In this document: positions 17,201 through 27,838 of the stretch, in pieces
Layout of the letters: every line of letters begins with the position of its first letter
Position numbering within the stretch: position 1 is the stretch's first letter
Assembly: GCA_049322255.1 (NCBI GenBank)
Contig: JBMORE010000018.1
Location: 1 to 34,378, forward strand
Direction: 5' to 3'
DNA from: Myxococcota bacterium
Lineage (GTDB): Bacteria > Myxococcota > Myxococcia > Myxococcales > Myxococcaceae
Length of the DNA stretch: 34,378 nucleotides
Notes under the pieces: model-generated
What the model was told of the DNA's origin: nothing
Database searches by the model: none
Seen by the model: the letters and a program-made list of their open reading frames with translations, nothing else
Program-made: the position numbers and the translations under genes

Positions 17201-18571
17201 ATGCCGAAGGTGCTCGAGAGGACGGTTTCGGCCGCCGCGCTGGCGGTGGCGGCGGTCGCGCTCGGCTACGCGCTGCAAGTCAACCTCGGCACCTACCACC
17301 CCGAGGCGATGAAATACCTCACCCTCGCCCTCGCTTTTGCCGCGCTGGGGGTGGCCGCTCCCCGGGTGCCCCTCGTAGAGCGGTGGGGAGACCAGGCCCC
17401 GCTCTTCTTCCTCGCTCTGGGCTTCGCGCTGCAGCTGGCGCTTTTGCTCACCACCCCGCCTGGCATTTTTTTACGCATTGGCTCGGCGCAGACGCTGCGG
17501 CCTTTCTACTTCTGTCTGGTGGCTTCCGGGGTGTTGGTGGGCGCGGGGTTCTCCGCCTCGCCGTGGCTTTTGCGCGTGCGCCCGGCGGCAGTGGGAGCGG
17601 TGTTCTTGGTGCTGGGCGCCTGGCTTTTGCGCGCCTCGCCCGACCCGCATATCGACGTCTTCGTCTTTCAGCGCGACGGCGCCGCCGAGCTGCTCGATGG
17701 GCGAAACCCCTTCTCGATGACCTTCCCCGACATCTTGCACGACCCCCTCATCTACGGTCCGGGGCTGCAGCAGAACGGGCGGTTGATGTTCGGCTTTCCC
17801 TACCCGCCGGTGGCGCTGCTCTTGGCGGTTCCCGGCCATCTTTTGGCCGGCGACTTCCGGTATGCGCAGCTTTTGGCGATGGTGGGCGCGGCGGCGCTCT
17901 TGGCGTACGCGGTGCCGGGGAGGCTTGCGGCGGGGGCGGCGGCGCTCTTTCTTTTCACCCCCCGTTCCCTCTTCGTGCTCGAGCAGGGGTGGAGCGACCC
18001 TTTGGTCTTTTTGTGCTTCGCCGCCGTCGTCTTCTGCGCCGGCCGAAGTCCCAAGTACCTTCCGTACGCCCTGGGGGTGTTTTTGGTCAGCAAGCAGTAC
18101 AACCTGCTCGCTCTGCCGGCGGTGTTCCTGCTCTTGCCGCGCCCGCTCGCCTGGCGGGAGAGCGGCCGCTTCTTGCTCAAGACCGCCGCCACCGGCGCGG
18201 CGCTCACCTTGCCCTTCTTCCTCTGGGACCCGAAGGGTTTTTGGCACTCGGTGGTGGCGCTGCAGTTCCTCCAGCCCTTTCGCGGTGACGCCTTGAGCTA
18301 TTTGGGGTGGCACTGGCACCAGACGAAGGAGCAGCTCCCTTCCCTGGTGGGCTTTCTCGCGGTGGTGCCGGCTTCGGCGCTGGCGCTGTGGCGCTGTCCG
18401 CGGACGCCGGCCGGCTTCGCGGCGGCGGTGGCCTTCATCTATTTGGTGTTCTTCGCCTTCAACAAGCAGGCCTTCTGCAACTACTACTATTTCGTCGTCG
18501 GCGCGTTGTGCGCCGCGGTGGCCGCCTCGCGGCTCGACTCTCCTGGCCGCTCCGCGCCGGCGGCGGCGTAA
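17201..18571 (+). CDS. Polytopic membrane protein, GT-C (GT87-like) glycosyltransferase
   Basis: Many TMs; HIDVFVFQ, GFPYPP, KQY, KQAFCNYY motifs resembling GT87/DUF2029 enzymes. Confidence 0.6.
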   Translation: MPKVLERTVSAAALAVAAVALGYALQVNLGTYHPEAMKYLTLALAFAALGVAAPRVPLVERWGDQAPLFFLALGFALQLALLLTTPPGIFLRIGSAQTLRPFYFCLVASGVLVGAGFSASPWLLRVRPAAVGAVFLVLGAWLLRASPDPHIDVFVFQRDGAAELLDGRNPFSMTFPDILHDPLIYGPGLQQNGRLMFGFPYPPVALLLAVPGHLLAGDFRYAQLLAMVGAAALLAYAVPGRLAAGAAALFLFTPRSLFVLEQGWSDPLVFLCFAAVVFCAGRSPKYLPYALGVFLVSKQYNLLALPAVFLLLPRPLAWRESGRFLLKTAATGAALTLPFFLWDPKGFWHSVVALQFLQPFRGDALSYLGWHWHQTKEQLPSLVGFLAVVPASALALWRCPRTPAGFAAAVAFIYLVFFAFNKQAFCNYYYFVVGALCAAVAASRLDSPGRSAPAAA

Positions 18572-18586
18572 CATTCGGCTCCTCTC

Positions 18587-19549
18587 ATGGCCTCCATCCG
18601 CGTCTCCCAACTGCTGCAGGACACCGAGTACGACTTACAGCTCTCGCTCGTGGCGGGGGCCGACGGGTTGGATCGGCGCATTTCTTCATCGCGCATTCAA
18701 AAGCCCGGGCTGGCGCTCACCGGTTTCACCGAGCACCTCCACCCCGAGCGGGTGCAGGTGTTCGGCAACACCGAGGTCTCCTACCTGCGCACTCTGCCCC
18801 TGACCCACCAGCGCGACGTGCTCGCCAAGCTCTTCGACGAGAACCTCGCCTGCGTGGTGGTGACCAAGAACCTCGACGTACCCGCCTCGCTCATCGAGGC
18901 CTGCAACCAGGCGCACTTGGCATTGATGAAGACCCCGCTGGCCTCGAGCACCTTCATCCAGCAGGTGCAGTCCTTTCTCGAAGAGGCGCTGACCGAGACG
19001 GCCAGCCTGCACGGCGTTTTGATGGACGTCTTCGGGGTGGGCATTCTCCTCCTGGGGAAAAGTGGCATCGGCAAGAGCGAAATCGCCCTCGACTTGGTGA
19101 TGCGCGGGCACCGGCTGGTGGCCGACGACATCGTGGACGTGGAGATGCGCCGACGTGCGGTCTACGGCGCGGGCAACCCCATCATCCAGCACCACATGGA
19201 GATTCGCGGCTTGGGGATCATCAACATCAAAGACCTCTTCGGCGTGGCCAGCGTGCGCGAGCGGAAGAAAATCGAGCTGGTCATCGAGCTGGTGGAGTGG
19301 GAGCCCTCGCGCGAGTACGACCGGCTGGGAGTGGAGGAGGCGAAGATGAACATCGTGGGGGTCGAAATTCCCCTGGCGGTGGTGCCGGTGCGCCCGGGCC
19401 GCAACATGACCACCATCATCGAGGTCGCCGCCCGAAACCACCTGCTCAAGCTGCAAGGACACCACTCGGCGCGGGAGTTCGCCGAGAAGCTGAACCGCGC
19501 CATCGCCGAAGGGGCGATGCGGCGCACCCTGGGGGAGGAGATTGAATGA
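18587..19549 (+). CDS. hprK: HPr(Ser) kinase/phosphorylase
   Basis: [22 protein letters not shown], Walker [37 protein letters not shown]. Confidence 0.96.
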   Translation: MASIRVSQLLQDTEYDLQLSLVAGADGLDRRISSSRIQKPGLALTGFTEHLHPERVQVFGNTEVSYLRTLPLTHQRDVLAKLFDENLACVVVTKNLDVPASLIEACNQAHLALMKTPLASSTFIQQVQSFLEEALTETASLHGVLMDVFGVGILLLGKSGIGKSEIALDLVMRGHRLVADDIVDVEMRRRAVYGAGNPIIQHHMEIRGLGIINIKDLFGVASVRERKKIELVIELVEWEPSREYDRLGVEEAKMNIVGVEIPLAVVPVRPGRNMTTIIEVAARNHLLKLQGHHSAREFAEKLNRAIAEGAMRRTLGEEIE

Positions 19550-20412
19550 TCCTCTCCGAGAAGCACATCGTGGTCATCACCGGGCTTTCGGGCTCGGGCA
19601 AGTCCACCGCCATTCGCGCGCTGGAGGACGCGGGCTTCTTCTGCATCGACAACCTGCCGGTGTTGCTCTTGCCCAAGCTGACCGAGCTGGCAGGCCTGGG
19701 AGACAAGGCGCAGCGGCTGGCGCTGGTGGTCGACGCCCGCGAGGGCGAGTTCTTGAAAGACGCACCCCGGGTGCTCGACGAGGCGCGCCGGGCCGGTCAC
19801 CGGGTGGAGGTGCTCTTTCTCGACGCGAGCGACGACTCGCTCATCCGTCGCTTCTCGGAGACCCGCCGCCGCCACCCGCTCGCTCCGGCAGGGAGCGTGG
19901 CGGAGGGAATTCGCCTCGAGCGCGCCGCCTTGCGCGACTTGCGCGAGCTGGCCGACGAGGTCATCGACACCTCGGCGCTCAACGTGCACGACTTGAAGCG
20001 CCTGGTGCAGTCGCGCTTCTCCTCCGAGCCGGTGAACGCGCCCTCCCTCTCGGTGGTGAGCTTCGGGTACCGCTACGGGGTGCCGCCCCAGGCCGATCTG
20101 GTCTTCGACGTGCGCTTTCTGCCCAATCCCTACTTCGTTCCCGAGCTCAAGGGGCTCACCGGCAAAGACCCCAAGGTGGCCGCCTACGTGCTCGAGCGCG
20201 AGGAGACCCAGGAGTTCCTCGACCGGGTGGTCGACCTGTGCCGCTACCTCTTCCCCCGCTACCAGAAGGAGGGGAAGGCGTATCTCACCGTCGCCCTGGG
20301 GTGCACCGGGGGAAAGCACCGTTCGGTGGCCATCGCCCGCGCCCTGCACGCCCGGCTGCAAGACGCCGCCGCCCGGGTGCAGCTGTGGGACCGAGACGTG
20401 GAGAAGGAGTGA
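19546..20412 (+). CDS. rapZ: RNase adapter RapZ (YvcJ family)
   Basis: [52 protein letters not shown]. Confidence 0.95.
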   Translation: MILSEKHIVVITGLSGSGKSTAIRALEDAGFFCIDNLPVLLLPKLTELAGLGDKAQRLALVVDAREGEFLKDAPRVLDEARRAGHRVEVLFLDASDDSLIRRFSETRRRHPLAPAGSVAEGIRLERAALRDLRELADEVIDTSALNVHDLKRLVQSRFSSEPVNAPSLSVVSFGYRYGVPPQADLVFDVRFLPNPYFVPELKGLTGKDPKVAAYVLEREETQEFLDRVVDLCRYLFPRYQKEGKAYLTVALGCTGGKHRSVAIARALHARLQDAAARVQLWDRDVEKE

Positions 20413-20455
20413 GCGGGAGCTTGGGAGGGGCGAGCTTGCGAGCGCGAAAGGGTGC

Positions 20456-20483
20456 GCGTACTTTATGCGCATGAAAAGTACGC
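20456..20483. promoter_or_regulatory. ccdA operator-like palindrome
   Basis: GCGTACTTT-ATGCGCAT-GA-AAAGTACGC, overlapping the ccdA start codon. Confidence 0.65.
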
Positions 20484-20704
20484 ATCGTAAAAAGCCGACC
20501 AACATTTCCCTGCCGGTCGAGCTGGTCGAGGAAGCCCGTGAGCTCCACATCAATCTCTCGCGGGAGCTGGAGGCCCACCTGGCGGAGGTGGTTCGCCAGC
20601 GCCGCGCGGAGCGTTGGCGGCGCGAGAATGAAAAAGCTTTCGAGGCGTACGCGAAGTACTTCGAGAAGCACGGCATCTGGAACGAGGACCTGCGCGGGTG
20701 GTGA
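20465..20704 (+). CDS. ccdA: CcdA family antitoxin
   Basis: KKPTNISL...LVEEARELHINLS...ERWRREN..AF..Y....E..G. Confidence 0.88.
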   Translation: MRMKSTHRKKPTNISLPVELVEEARELHINLSRELEAHLAEVVRQRRAERWRRENEKAFEAYAKYFEKHGIWNEDLRGW

Positions 20705-21021
20705 CTCCCCGGCAGTTCGACGTTTTTCGCAACCCGAACGCCGCCACGGCACGCGCTGTTCCTTGGCTTCTGGTCATTCAAGCCGACTTGCTGGAGGACT
20801 TTCCGACGAGGGCCGTCATCCCGCTGGTCCGGCCGTCTGCGCTCCAGGTGCCTGCCTCACGGCTCAATCCTTCGTTCGAGATTTCCGGGGAGCGCGCCAT
20901 CCTGCTAACCCAGCAGATTGGGGCGGTTCCCAAGCGTTCGCTGAAAGAGCGGGTGGCCGTTTTGGCCGACCAGCGAACGAAAATCATCGGGGCGATCGAT
21001 TTTCTGCTGGCCGGAGCTTGA
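20701..21021 (+). CDS. ccdB: CcdB family toxin
   Basis: QFDVFRNP, PWLLVIQADLL...TRAVIPL, RLNP, IIGAIDFLLAG; GTG overlaps the ccdA stop (alternative GTG at 20698). Confidence 0.88.
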   Translation: MTPRQFDVFRNPNAATARAVPWLLVIQADLLEDFPTRAVIPLVRPSALQVPASRLNPSFEISGERAILLTQQIGAVPKRSLKERVAVLADQRTKIIGAIDFLLAGA

Positions 21022-21133
21022 CGTGCGCCTACGACTTGGTCGGAGTGGGACCGGGAGGTCAAGAAGGAGTAGCGCCCGCTCCCCCTCCTGCTGCGTGGTT
21101 CATGCGGCCCGGACACCGCCCGCGCACCGCCCC

Positions 21134-21148
21134 GCGCAACGGTTGCGC
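21134..21148. promoter_or_regulatory. Palindrome upstream of PTS EIIA (operator or weak terminator)
   Basis: GCGCAAC-G-GTTGCGC followed by CTTTT. Confidence 0.4.
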
Positions 21149-21202
21149 CTTTTCATCAACGGCGGTACTTGAGCCAATAGGAGCGGGGGGGTGGGAGCGC
21201 AG

Positions 21203-21628
21203 ATGGTCGGGCTCGTGGTCGCCACCCATGGTCGTCTGGCGGAGGAGCTGGTCTCCACCGCAGAACAGATCGTCGGCAAGTTGCCGGCGGTGGTTACCTG
21301 CGCCATCGAGCCGGGCGCTTCCCCCGAGGAGATTCGCGAGCGCCTTTGCGCGGCCATCGCCTCGGTCGACCAAGGACAGGGAGTGGTGGTGCTCGCCGAC
21401 CTCTTCGGGGGCAGCCCCTGCACTCAGGCGCTCACTTTGTGTGGCAAGCGCCCCTTGGAGGTAGTGACGGGGGTGAACCTCCCCATCCTCCTCAAGGCTG
21501 GCTCGCTGCGCGAAGAGGGGTTGCCCTTGCCCGAGCTGGCGGAGACGCTCGCCCAGTACGGCCGGAAGAACATCACCTGCGCGACGGCGCTTCTTCGCGC
21601 GGCCGGCGCCGAGCGCCCACACTCCTAG
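21203..21628 (+). CDS. PTS mannose/fructose/sorbose family EIIA
   Basis: VVATHG (phospho-His), DLFGGSP, TGVNLP. Confidence 0.92.
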   Translation: MVGLVVATHGRLAEELVSTAEQIVGKLPAVVTCAIEPGASPEEIRERLCAAIASVDQGQGVVVLADLFGGSPCTQALTLCGKRPLEVVTGVNLPILLKAGSLREEGLPLPELAETLAQYGRKNITCATALLRAAGAERPHS

Positions 21629-21646
21629 CCACCGTTCTTGACGGAA

Positions 21647-22132
21647 GTGATTTCCCTCGTTCGCATCGACAATCGTCTCATCCACGGCCAGGTGGTGGAG
21701 GCGTGGCTTCCTTACCTCGAAGCGAAGCGGGTGGTGGTGGCCGACGACGAAGCGGCGCAAAGCCCGCTCATCCGGGCGGCGATGGGGCTGGCGGTGCAGA
21801 GCGCAATCGAGGTTCGCATCGTGCCGCTGGCGGAGGCCAACTTCTCGGCGCTGGCTGCCGACCCGGTGCGCACCTTGGTGCTCCTGCGCGACGTCCGGGG
21901 GGTGGCCCACGCCCAACAGGCCGGCCTTCCTCCGACCCGGGTCAACCTGGGCAACGTCCACTTCGCTCCAGGACGAAAGCAGGTCTCCCCGTCGGTGTTT
22001 CTCTCGCCAGAAGAGCTTTCTGTGCTGAGAATGCTCGGCGAGTCGGGCTTCGAGGTCGATGCGCGCGCGGTGCCCAGCGAGCGCGCGGTCACCCTCAAGG
22101 ACATGGAGGCCCGCCTCGGAAAGGGGGCGTGA
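21647..22132 (+). CDS. PTS mannose/sorbose family EIIB
   Basis: RIDNRLIHGQV, VNLGN, SVFLS; GTG start inferred. Confidence 0.92.
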   Translation: MISLVRIDNRLIHGQVVEAWLPYLEAKRVVVADDEAAQSPLIRAAMGLAVQSAIEVRIVPLAEANFSALAADPVRTLVLLRDVRGVAHAQQAGLPPTRVNLGNVHFAPGRKQVSPSVFLSPEELSVLRMLGESGFEVDARAVPSERAVTLKDMEARLGKGA

Positions 22133-22141
22133 GCCGTTTCC

Positions 22142-22849
22142 ATGGTGGTGTGGAGCCAGGTGGCCCTGGCCGGGGTGTGGGGAGGCCTGCTCGCGCTCGA
22201 GCGGCGGGCCTTCTTGCAGGCGATGTTCTCGCGGCCCTTGGTGGCGGCGACCGGTATGGGGCTGCTCCTCGACGACGTCCCCTCCGGGCTTTTCGTGGGA
22301 ATGGTGCTCGAGCTGTTCCACCTGGGGGGAGCGGCGCTGGGAGCGTCGTTGCCTGAGAACGACACCGTGGCCGCCACCTGCACCTCGGCGGCGGCGGCGG
22401 CGATGGCTCACGGCGTGGGTGGCACACCGGCCATCTGGTCGAGCGCGCTGCTTCTCTTTTTGGGCACCGGCCGGCTGGGGCGCCTCCTCGAGCGCTCGCT
22501 GGAGCGCTACTCCTCGCGGCTGGCCACCAAGGCGATGGAGGTGGCCGAAGGAGGCAACCTCACCCGCGCGGTGCGGCAGAACCTATGGGCGATGTGGCCG
22601 ATCTTCGTTTGCTTCGGCGCGCTCACTGCCGCCTGCGCCGTGATGGGTTTTTTTCTGGCGCCCACCTTGCGCGCGCTGCCTCTGCCCGTGGTGCGGGGGC
22701 TGGCGTGGGCCTATCCAGCGATGGCTTCGGTGGCAGCGGCGATTGCCGTGCGCGGCTCCCACGCCCGTCACCCACTCGTCTATGCCGGCGCGGCGGTGGC
22801 GGCGGTCACCTGTGTGGCGGCCTTCTTCGCCTTGCGAGGAGGGATTTGA
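22142..22849 (+). CDS. PTS mannose family EIIC
   Basis: Hydrophobic; SRPLV...GL.VG..LELF.LG...GASLP; position in the operon. Confidence 0.85.
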   Translation: MVVWSQVALAGVWGGLLALERRAFLQAMFSRPLVAATGMGLLLDDVPSGLFVGMVLELFHLGGAALGASLPENDTVAATCTSAAAAAMAHGVGGTPAIWSSALLLFLGTGRLGRLLERSLERYSSRLATKAMEVAEGGNLTRAVRQNLWAMWPIFVCFGALTAACAVMGFFLAPTLRALPLPVVRGLAWAYPAMASVAAAIAVRGSHARHPLVYAGAAVAAVTCVAAFFALRGGI

Positions 22850-23598
22850 TGATGTCCGGGTGGGTGTTGTGGCAGGTGTTCGCGCGCTCGTTCTTTCTCC
22901 AAGCGTCGTGGAATCCTCAAGGAATGCAGAACCTGGGCATGGCTTACGCGCTCTTCCCCGCGCTCGAGCGGCTCTACCCCTCCCCCGAGGAGCAGGCGGC
23001 GGCGGTGCGCCGGCACTTGGTCTTCTTCAATACCCACCCTTACGTGGCGGCGGCGATTTTGGGCGGCGTCCTCTACCACGAGGAGCGGCTCGCCCGCGGG
23101 GAGGAGGGCCCGGAGCGGGTGGCGGCCTTCAAGGCGGCGCTGATGGGGCCCCTGGCTGCGCTGGGCGACGGTTTCTTCTGGTTGTCCTTACGGCCGGCGG
23201 TGGGGGCGTTGTGCGCGGCGTTGGTGCCCCTCTTGGGAGCGTGGTCGGCGCTGCTCTTCCTCGTTCTCTACAACTTGGTGCACCTCTTTTTGCGCGCGCG
23301 CCTGTTCTGGCTGGGCTTCACCCTGGGGGACCGGTTGGTCGAAGGCGTCGCCGCCGTTCACTTGCCCCAGAAAGGGGCGCGCTTGCGGGCGTTGGCGGCG
23401 GCGAGCGCGGGCGGGCTGGCGGCGTGGTTGGCGATTGCTTTCGGGGCAGGGCAGGCGGGCACGTACGCTCCGCTGCTCTCCGGGGGTTGTCTGGCGATGG
23501 GAGCGCTCGCCTTCTACCTGGTGGGACGGCAGGTCAGCCGGTACGCGGTGCTCTACGCCTCGGCGCTGCTCGCGGCAATCGCCGGAGCGTTTCTCTGA
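22849..23598 (+). CDS. PTS mannose family EIID
   Basis: RSFFLQASWN..GMQNLG, RHLVFFNTHP, LMGPLAALGDGFFW. Confidence 0.92.
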   Translation: MMSGWVLWQVFARSFFLQASWNPQGMQNLGMAYALFPALERLYPSPEEQAAAVRRHLVFFNTHPYVAAAILGGVLYHEERLARGEEGPERVAAFKAALMGPLAALGDGFFWLSLRPAVGALCAALVPLLGAWSALLFLVLYNLVHLFLRARLFWLGFTLGDRLVEGVAAVHLPQKGARLRALAAASAGGLAAWLAIAFGAGQAGTYAPLLSGGCLAMGALAFYLVGRQVSRYAVLYASALLAAIAGAFL

Positions 23599-23610
23599 TG
23601 AGGACCGTAA

Positions 23611-23885
23611 ATGGGTAACGTGGCGGAAGGAGAATACGAAATCATCAATGCCCTGGGGCTGCACGCGCGGGCGGCGGCGCAGTTGGTCAAGGTGGCCAAC
23701 CGCTATCCGTGCGAGGTGACGCTGGGGTGTGAGGGCCAGACGGTGAACGGGAAGTCGATCATGGGCGTGTTGATGCTGGCGGCCGCGCAGGGCATGCGGG
23801 TGAACGTTCGTTGCACCGGGGAGGACGCCGAGCGCTGCCTTACGGAGCTCGCCCAGCTGATTGCCGACCGCTTCGGGGAGGAGCG

Positions 23886-23889
<4 letters not shown>
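23611..23889 (+). CDS. ptsH: Phosphocarrier protein HPr
   Basis: GLHARAAA (His15) and NGKSIMGVL (Ser46). Confidence 0.95.
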
Positions 23890-25643
<1,754 letters not shown>

Positions 25644-25694
25644 AGGCTGGCACGCGGTGGCGGCGATGCCTACCTGTGACGCCGGAGGTGAAGC

Positions 25695-26051
25695 ATGAAC
25701 GTGCAGGAAATGGTGGGACGGCTGCAAGAGTCGCTGACCGCGCGCCGGGTGTTCGGCGAGCCGATTCAACAGGGTGACGCGATCATCGTTCCGGCGGCGA
25801 AGGTGCGCGGAGGAGGCGGGGGCGGCGAAGGGGAGGGGCCCAAAGGTGAAGGCACCGGCGCAGGGAGCGGGTTTGGGCTCTCGGCGGTGCCCACCGGGGC
25901 GTTCGTGTTCAAGAACGGCGAGGTCACCTGGCGGCCGGCGGTGGACGTCAACCGTTTGGTGATGGGCGCCCAGATTCTCCTCGGGTTGGGCATCGTCGCC
26001 TTCCTGCTCGGCAGGCGGCGCTCAAGACACGGGCTGTTCGCTCGTCGTTGA
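25695..26051 (+). CDS. YtfJ/GerW-like small protein with C-terminal TM
   Basis: VFGEPI...IVPAAKV.GGGGGGEG...GFG....P.GAFV; RBS GGAGGT upstream. Confidence 0.75.
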   Translation: MNVQEMVGRLQESLTARRVFGEPIQQGDAIIVPAAKVRGGGGGGEGEGPKGEGTGAGSGFGLSAVPTGAFVFKNGEVTWRPAVDVNRLVMGAQILLGLGIVAFLLGRRRSRHGLFARR

Positions 26052-26086
26052 CTTCTTGGCGCCGGTTCGCCTTAGGGTGCCCGCCC

Positions 26087-27154
26087 ATGAGCGAGGTGCC
26101 CGCCACGGGAGCGACCAAAGGTCACGTGTCGTCGGTGAGGCTTCCCCACGCATGGTTCGTTGCCTGTGCTTCGAAAGAGCTGGGTGCCGCGCCGCGCTCG
26201 TGCACCCTGCAAGACACTCCCCTCGTGCTCTTCCGGGGCGAAGGAGGTCGGCCCGCCGCGCTGCTCGACCGCTGCCCGCACCGCAACCTTCCCCTGTCGC
26301 TGGGAAAGGTGACAGAAGGGACGCTCCAGTGCGGCTACCACGGGTGGCGCTTTTCGCCCGACGGCCACTGCGTGGCGATACCGGGGCTTTTGGGCGAGCT
26401 TCACGCCAAAGCGCGCCAGGCCCAAGCGTTCGCCTGCCGGGAGGAAGACGGTTTCGTCTGGGTGTACAGCACGCCCGGGGTGGAGCCTTCGTCCGAGCCG
26501 TTTCGCTTCCCCTGCCTCGACGATACGCGCTACTCGACGGTGCGCCGGCAGCTTCGGGTGAAGGCGACGATGCACGCGACGGTGGAGAACGCGCTCGATG
26601 TGCCCCACACCGCCTTCCTCCACGGCGGCCTCTTTCGCACCGCACGAAAAAAGCACGACATCGAGGTGGTGGTGCGCCGCACCCCGCAGATGGCGGAGGC
26701 CGAGTACATCGGTGAGCCGCGCCCCCAGGGTTTGTTGGGCAAGGTGCTCGCGCCCAGGGGCGGGGTGGTGATGCACGTCGACCGCTTCATTCTGCCGTGC
26801 GTGGCGCAGGTGGAGTACCGCCTGGGGGAGGGCTCCCACCTGCTCGTCACCTCGGCGATGACGCCGGTGTCCGACTTCGAGACGGTGGTGAATGCGGTGG
26901 TGACCTTCCGGTTGCCGGTTCCCGGGTGGCTGGTGCGTCCGCTGCTCACCCCAGTGGGGCTGCGCGTCTTTCGGCAAGATGCCGAGGTGCTCGCCAGGCA
27001 GACCGAAGCCATTTTGCGCTTCGGCGGAGAACAATACGCCTCGACCGAGCTGGACGTGCTTGGACAGCAAGTCTGGCGGCTGCTCAAGCAGGCCAGCCGG
27101 GGTGAAGCGCCGACAGAGGAGTTGTACGAACACCGCCTGCGGATGCGGGTCTAA
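26087..27154 (+). CDS. Rieske non-heme iron oxygenase alpha subunit (VanA/KshA-like)
   Basis: Rieske ligands DRCPHR...CGYHGW; mononuclear Fe motif ENALDVPHTAFLH...QD. Confidence 0.92.
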   Translation: MSEVPATGATKGHVSSVRLPHAWFVACASKELGAAPRSCTLQDTPLVLFRGEGGRPAALLDRCPHRNLPLSLGKVTEGTLQCGYHGWRFSPDGHCVAIPGLLGELHAKARQAQAFACREEDGFVWVYSTPGVEPSSEPFRFPCLDDTRYSTVRRQLRVKATMHATVENALDVPHTAFLHGGLFRTARKKHDIEVVVRRTPQMAEAEYIGEPRPQGLLGKVLAPRGGVVMHVDRFILPCVAQVEYRLGEGSHLLVTSAMTPVSDFETVVNAVVTFRLPVPGWLVRPLLTPVGLRVFRQDAEVLARQTEAILRFGGEQYASTELDVLGQQVWRLLKQASRGEAPTEELYEHRLRMRV

Positions 27155-27173
27155 TGTGGTTTTTCACCTTCGC

Positions 27174-27752
27174 ATGCGACGCTTCCTCCTCTTTTTGTTT
27201 CTCCTTGCCGGCTGCGCCACGGTGAAGATGCACCGGGTGCGCGCCGACTACGACACCGTCGACAAGCACCGGACCAAACGGCTGGTGGTGATCACCCAGC
27301 CGCTCCCTGACGGCAGCCAGAAGGCGGGTGAGCTGTTCTCCTTGGTGGCTCGCCGCTACGTGAACCAGAAGCGCGACTTTTTGGTGAAGGAGCACCGAGC
27401 GCAGGCCGAGGCCGCTTCGCCGACGTCGCTTTGCGCGGAAGGGCTGGAGGGCGTGTTGTGGCTGGCACCGACAGTGACGCGCAAAGAAGCGGGGTTCGAG
27501 GCCGCGCTCTTCGGCCGGCTTCTTCGCTGCACGGACGGGGAGGAGGTGTGGGCGGCGGAGGCGGGTGGCTCTTTTCCTACCCGAGACGAAGCGCTCGAGG
27601 AGGTGACCGCCCAGTACGAGCAAGAGCTGGGCGCCGAAGTGGGGCCCTATGTGCCGGTGGCCTTCCACCTCTTGCGCCCCACGCTCGACACCCTGCCCAA
27701 GCCCCAGCTCACCTCCGAGGAGCAGGACGAGAAAATCGAGCTGGGGGAATGA
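27174..27752 (+). CDS. Lipoprotein (resembles, from memory, the MXAN_6521/LA_1396 family)
   Basis: Lipobox MRRFLLFLFLLAG-C. The family label is recollection and unverified. Confidence 0.7.
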   Translation: MRRFLLFLFLLAGCATVKMHRVRADYDTVDKHRTKRLVVITQPLPDGSQKAGELFSLVARRYVNQKRDFLVKEHRAQAEAASPTSLCAEGLEGVLWLAPTVTRKEAGFEAALFGRLLRCTDGEEVWAAEAGGSFPTRDEALEEVTAQYEQELGAEVGPYVPVAFHLLRPTLDTLPKPQLTSEEQDEKIELGE

Positions 27753-27838
27753 AGGCGCTTTATTGAACAGGTAGTTCCTCCCGGTTGCTGCGCGGCAGGT
27801 GGGTGATGCGCAGGCTCCTGGATCGTTAGAGGAGCTCC

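Larger units (their letters stand above)
20385..21072 (+). repeat. Diverged direct repeat of the rapZ 3' end (20385-20412 vs 21045-21072) bracketing ccdAB
   Basis: GTGGGACCGAGACGTGGAGAAGGAGTGA vs GTGGGACCGGGAGGTCAAGAAGGAGTAG; 22/28 identical; WDRDVEKE* vs WDREVKKE*. Confidence 0.75.

Noticed and set aside
25663..25674. GCGATGCCTACC just after ptsI matches the metK start GCCATGCCTACC (34331-34342) at 11/12 nt, suggesting a scar of former ptsI-metK adjacency
   Set aside because: Too short, found post hoc, and similarity stops immediately; cannot be distinguished from chance without comparative data.
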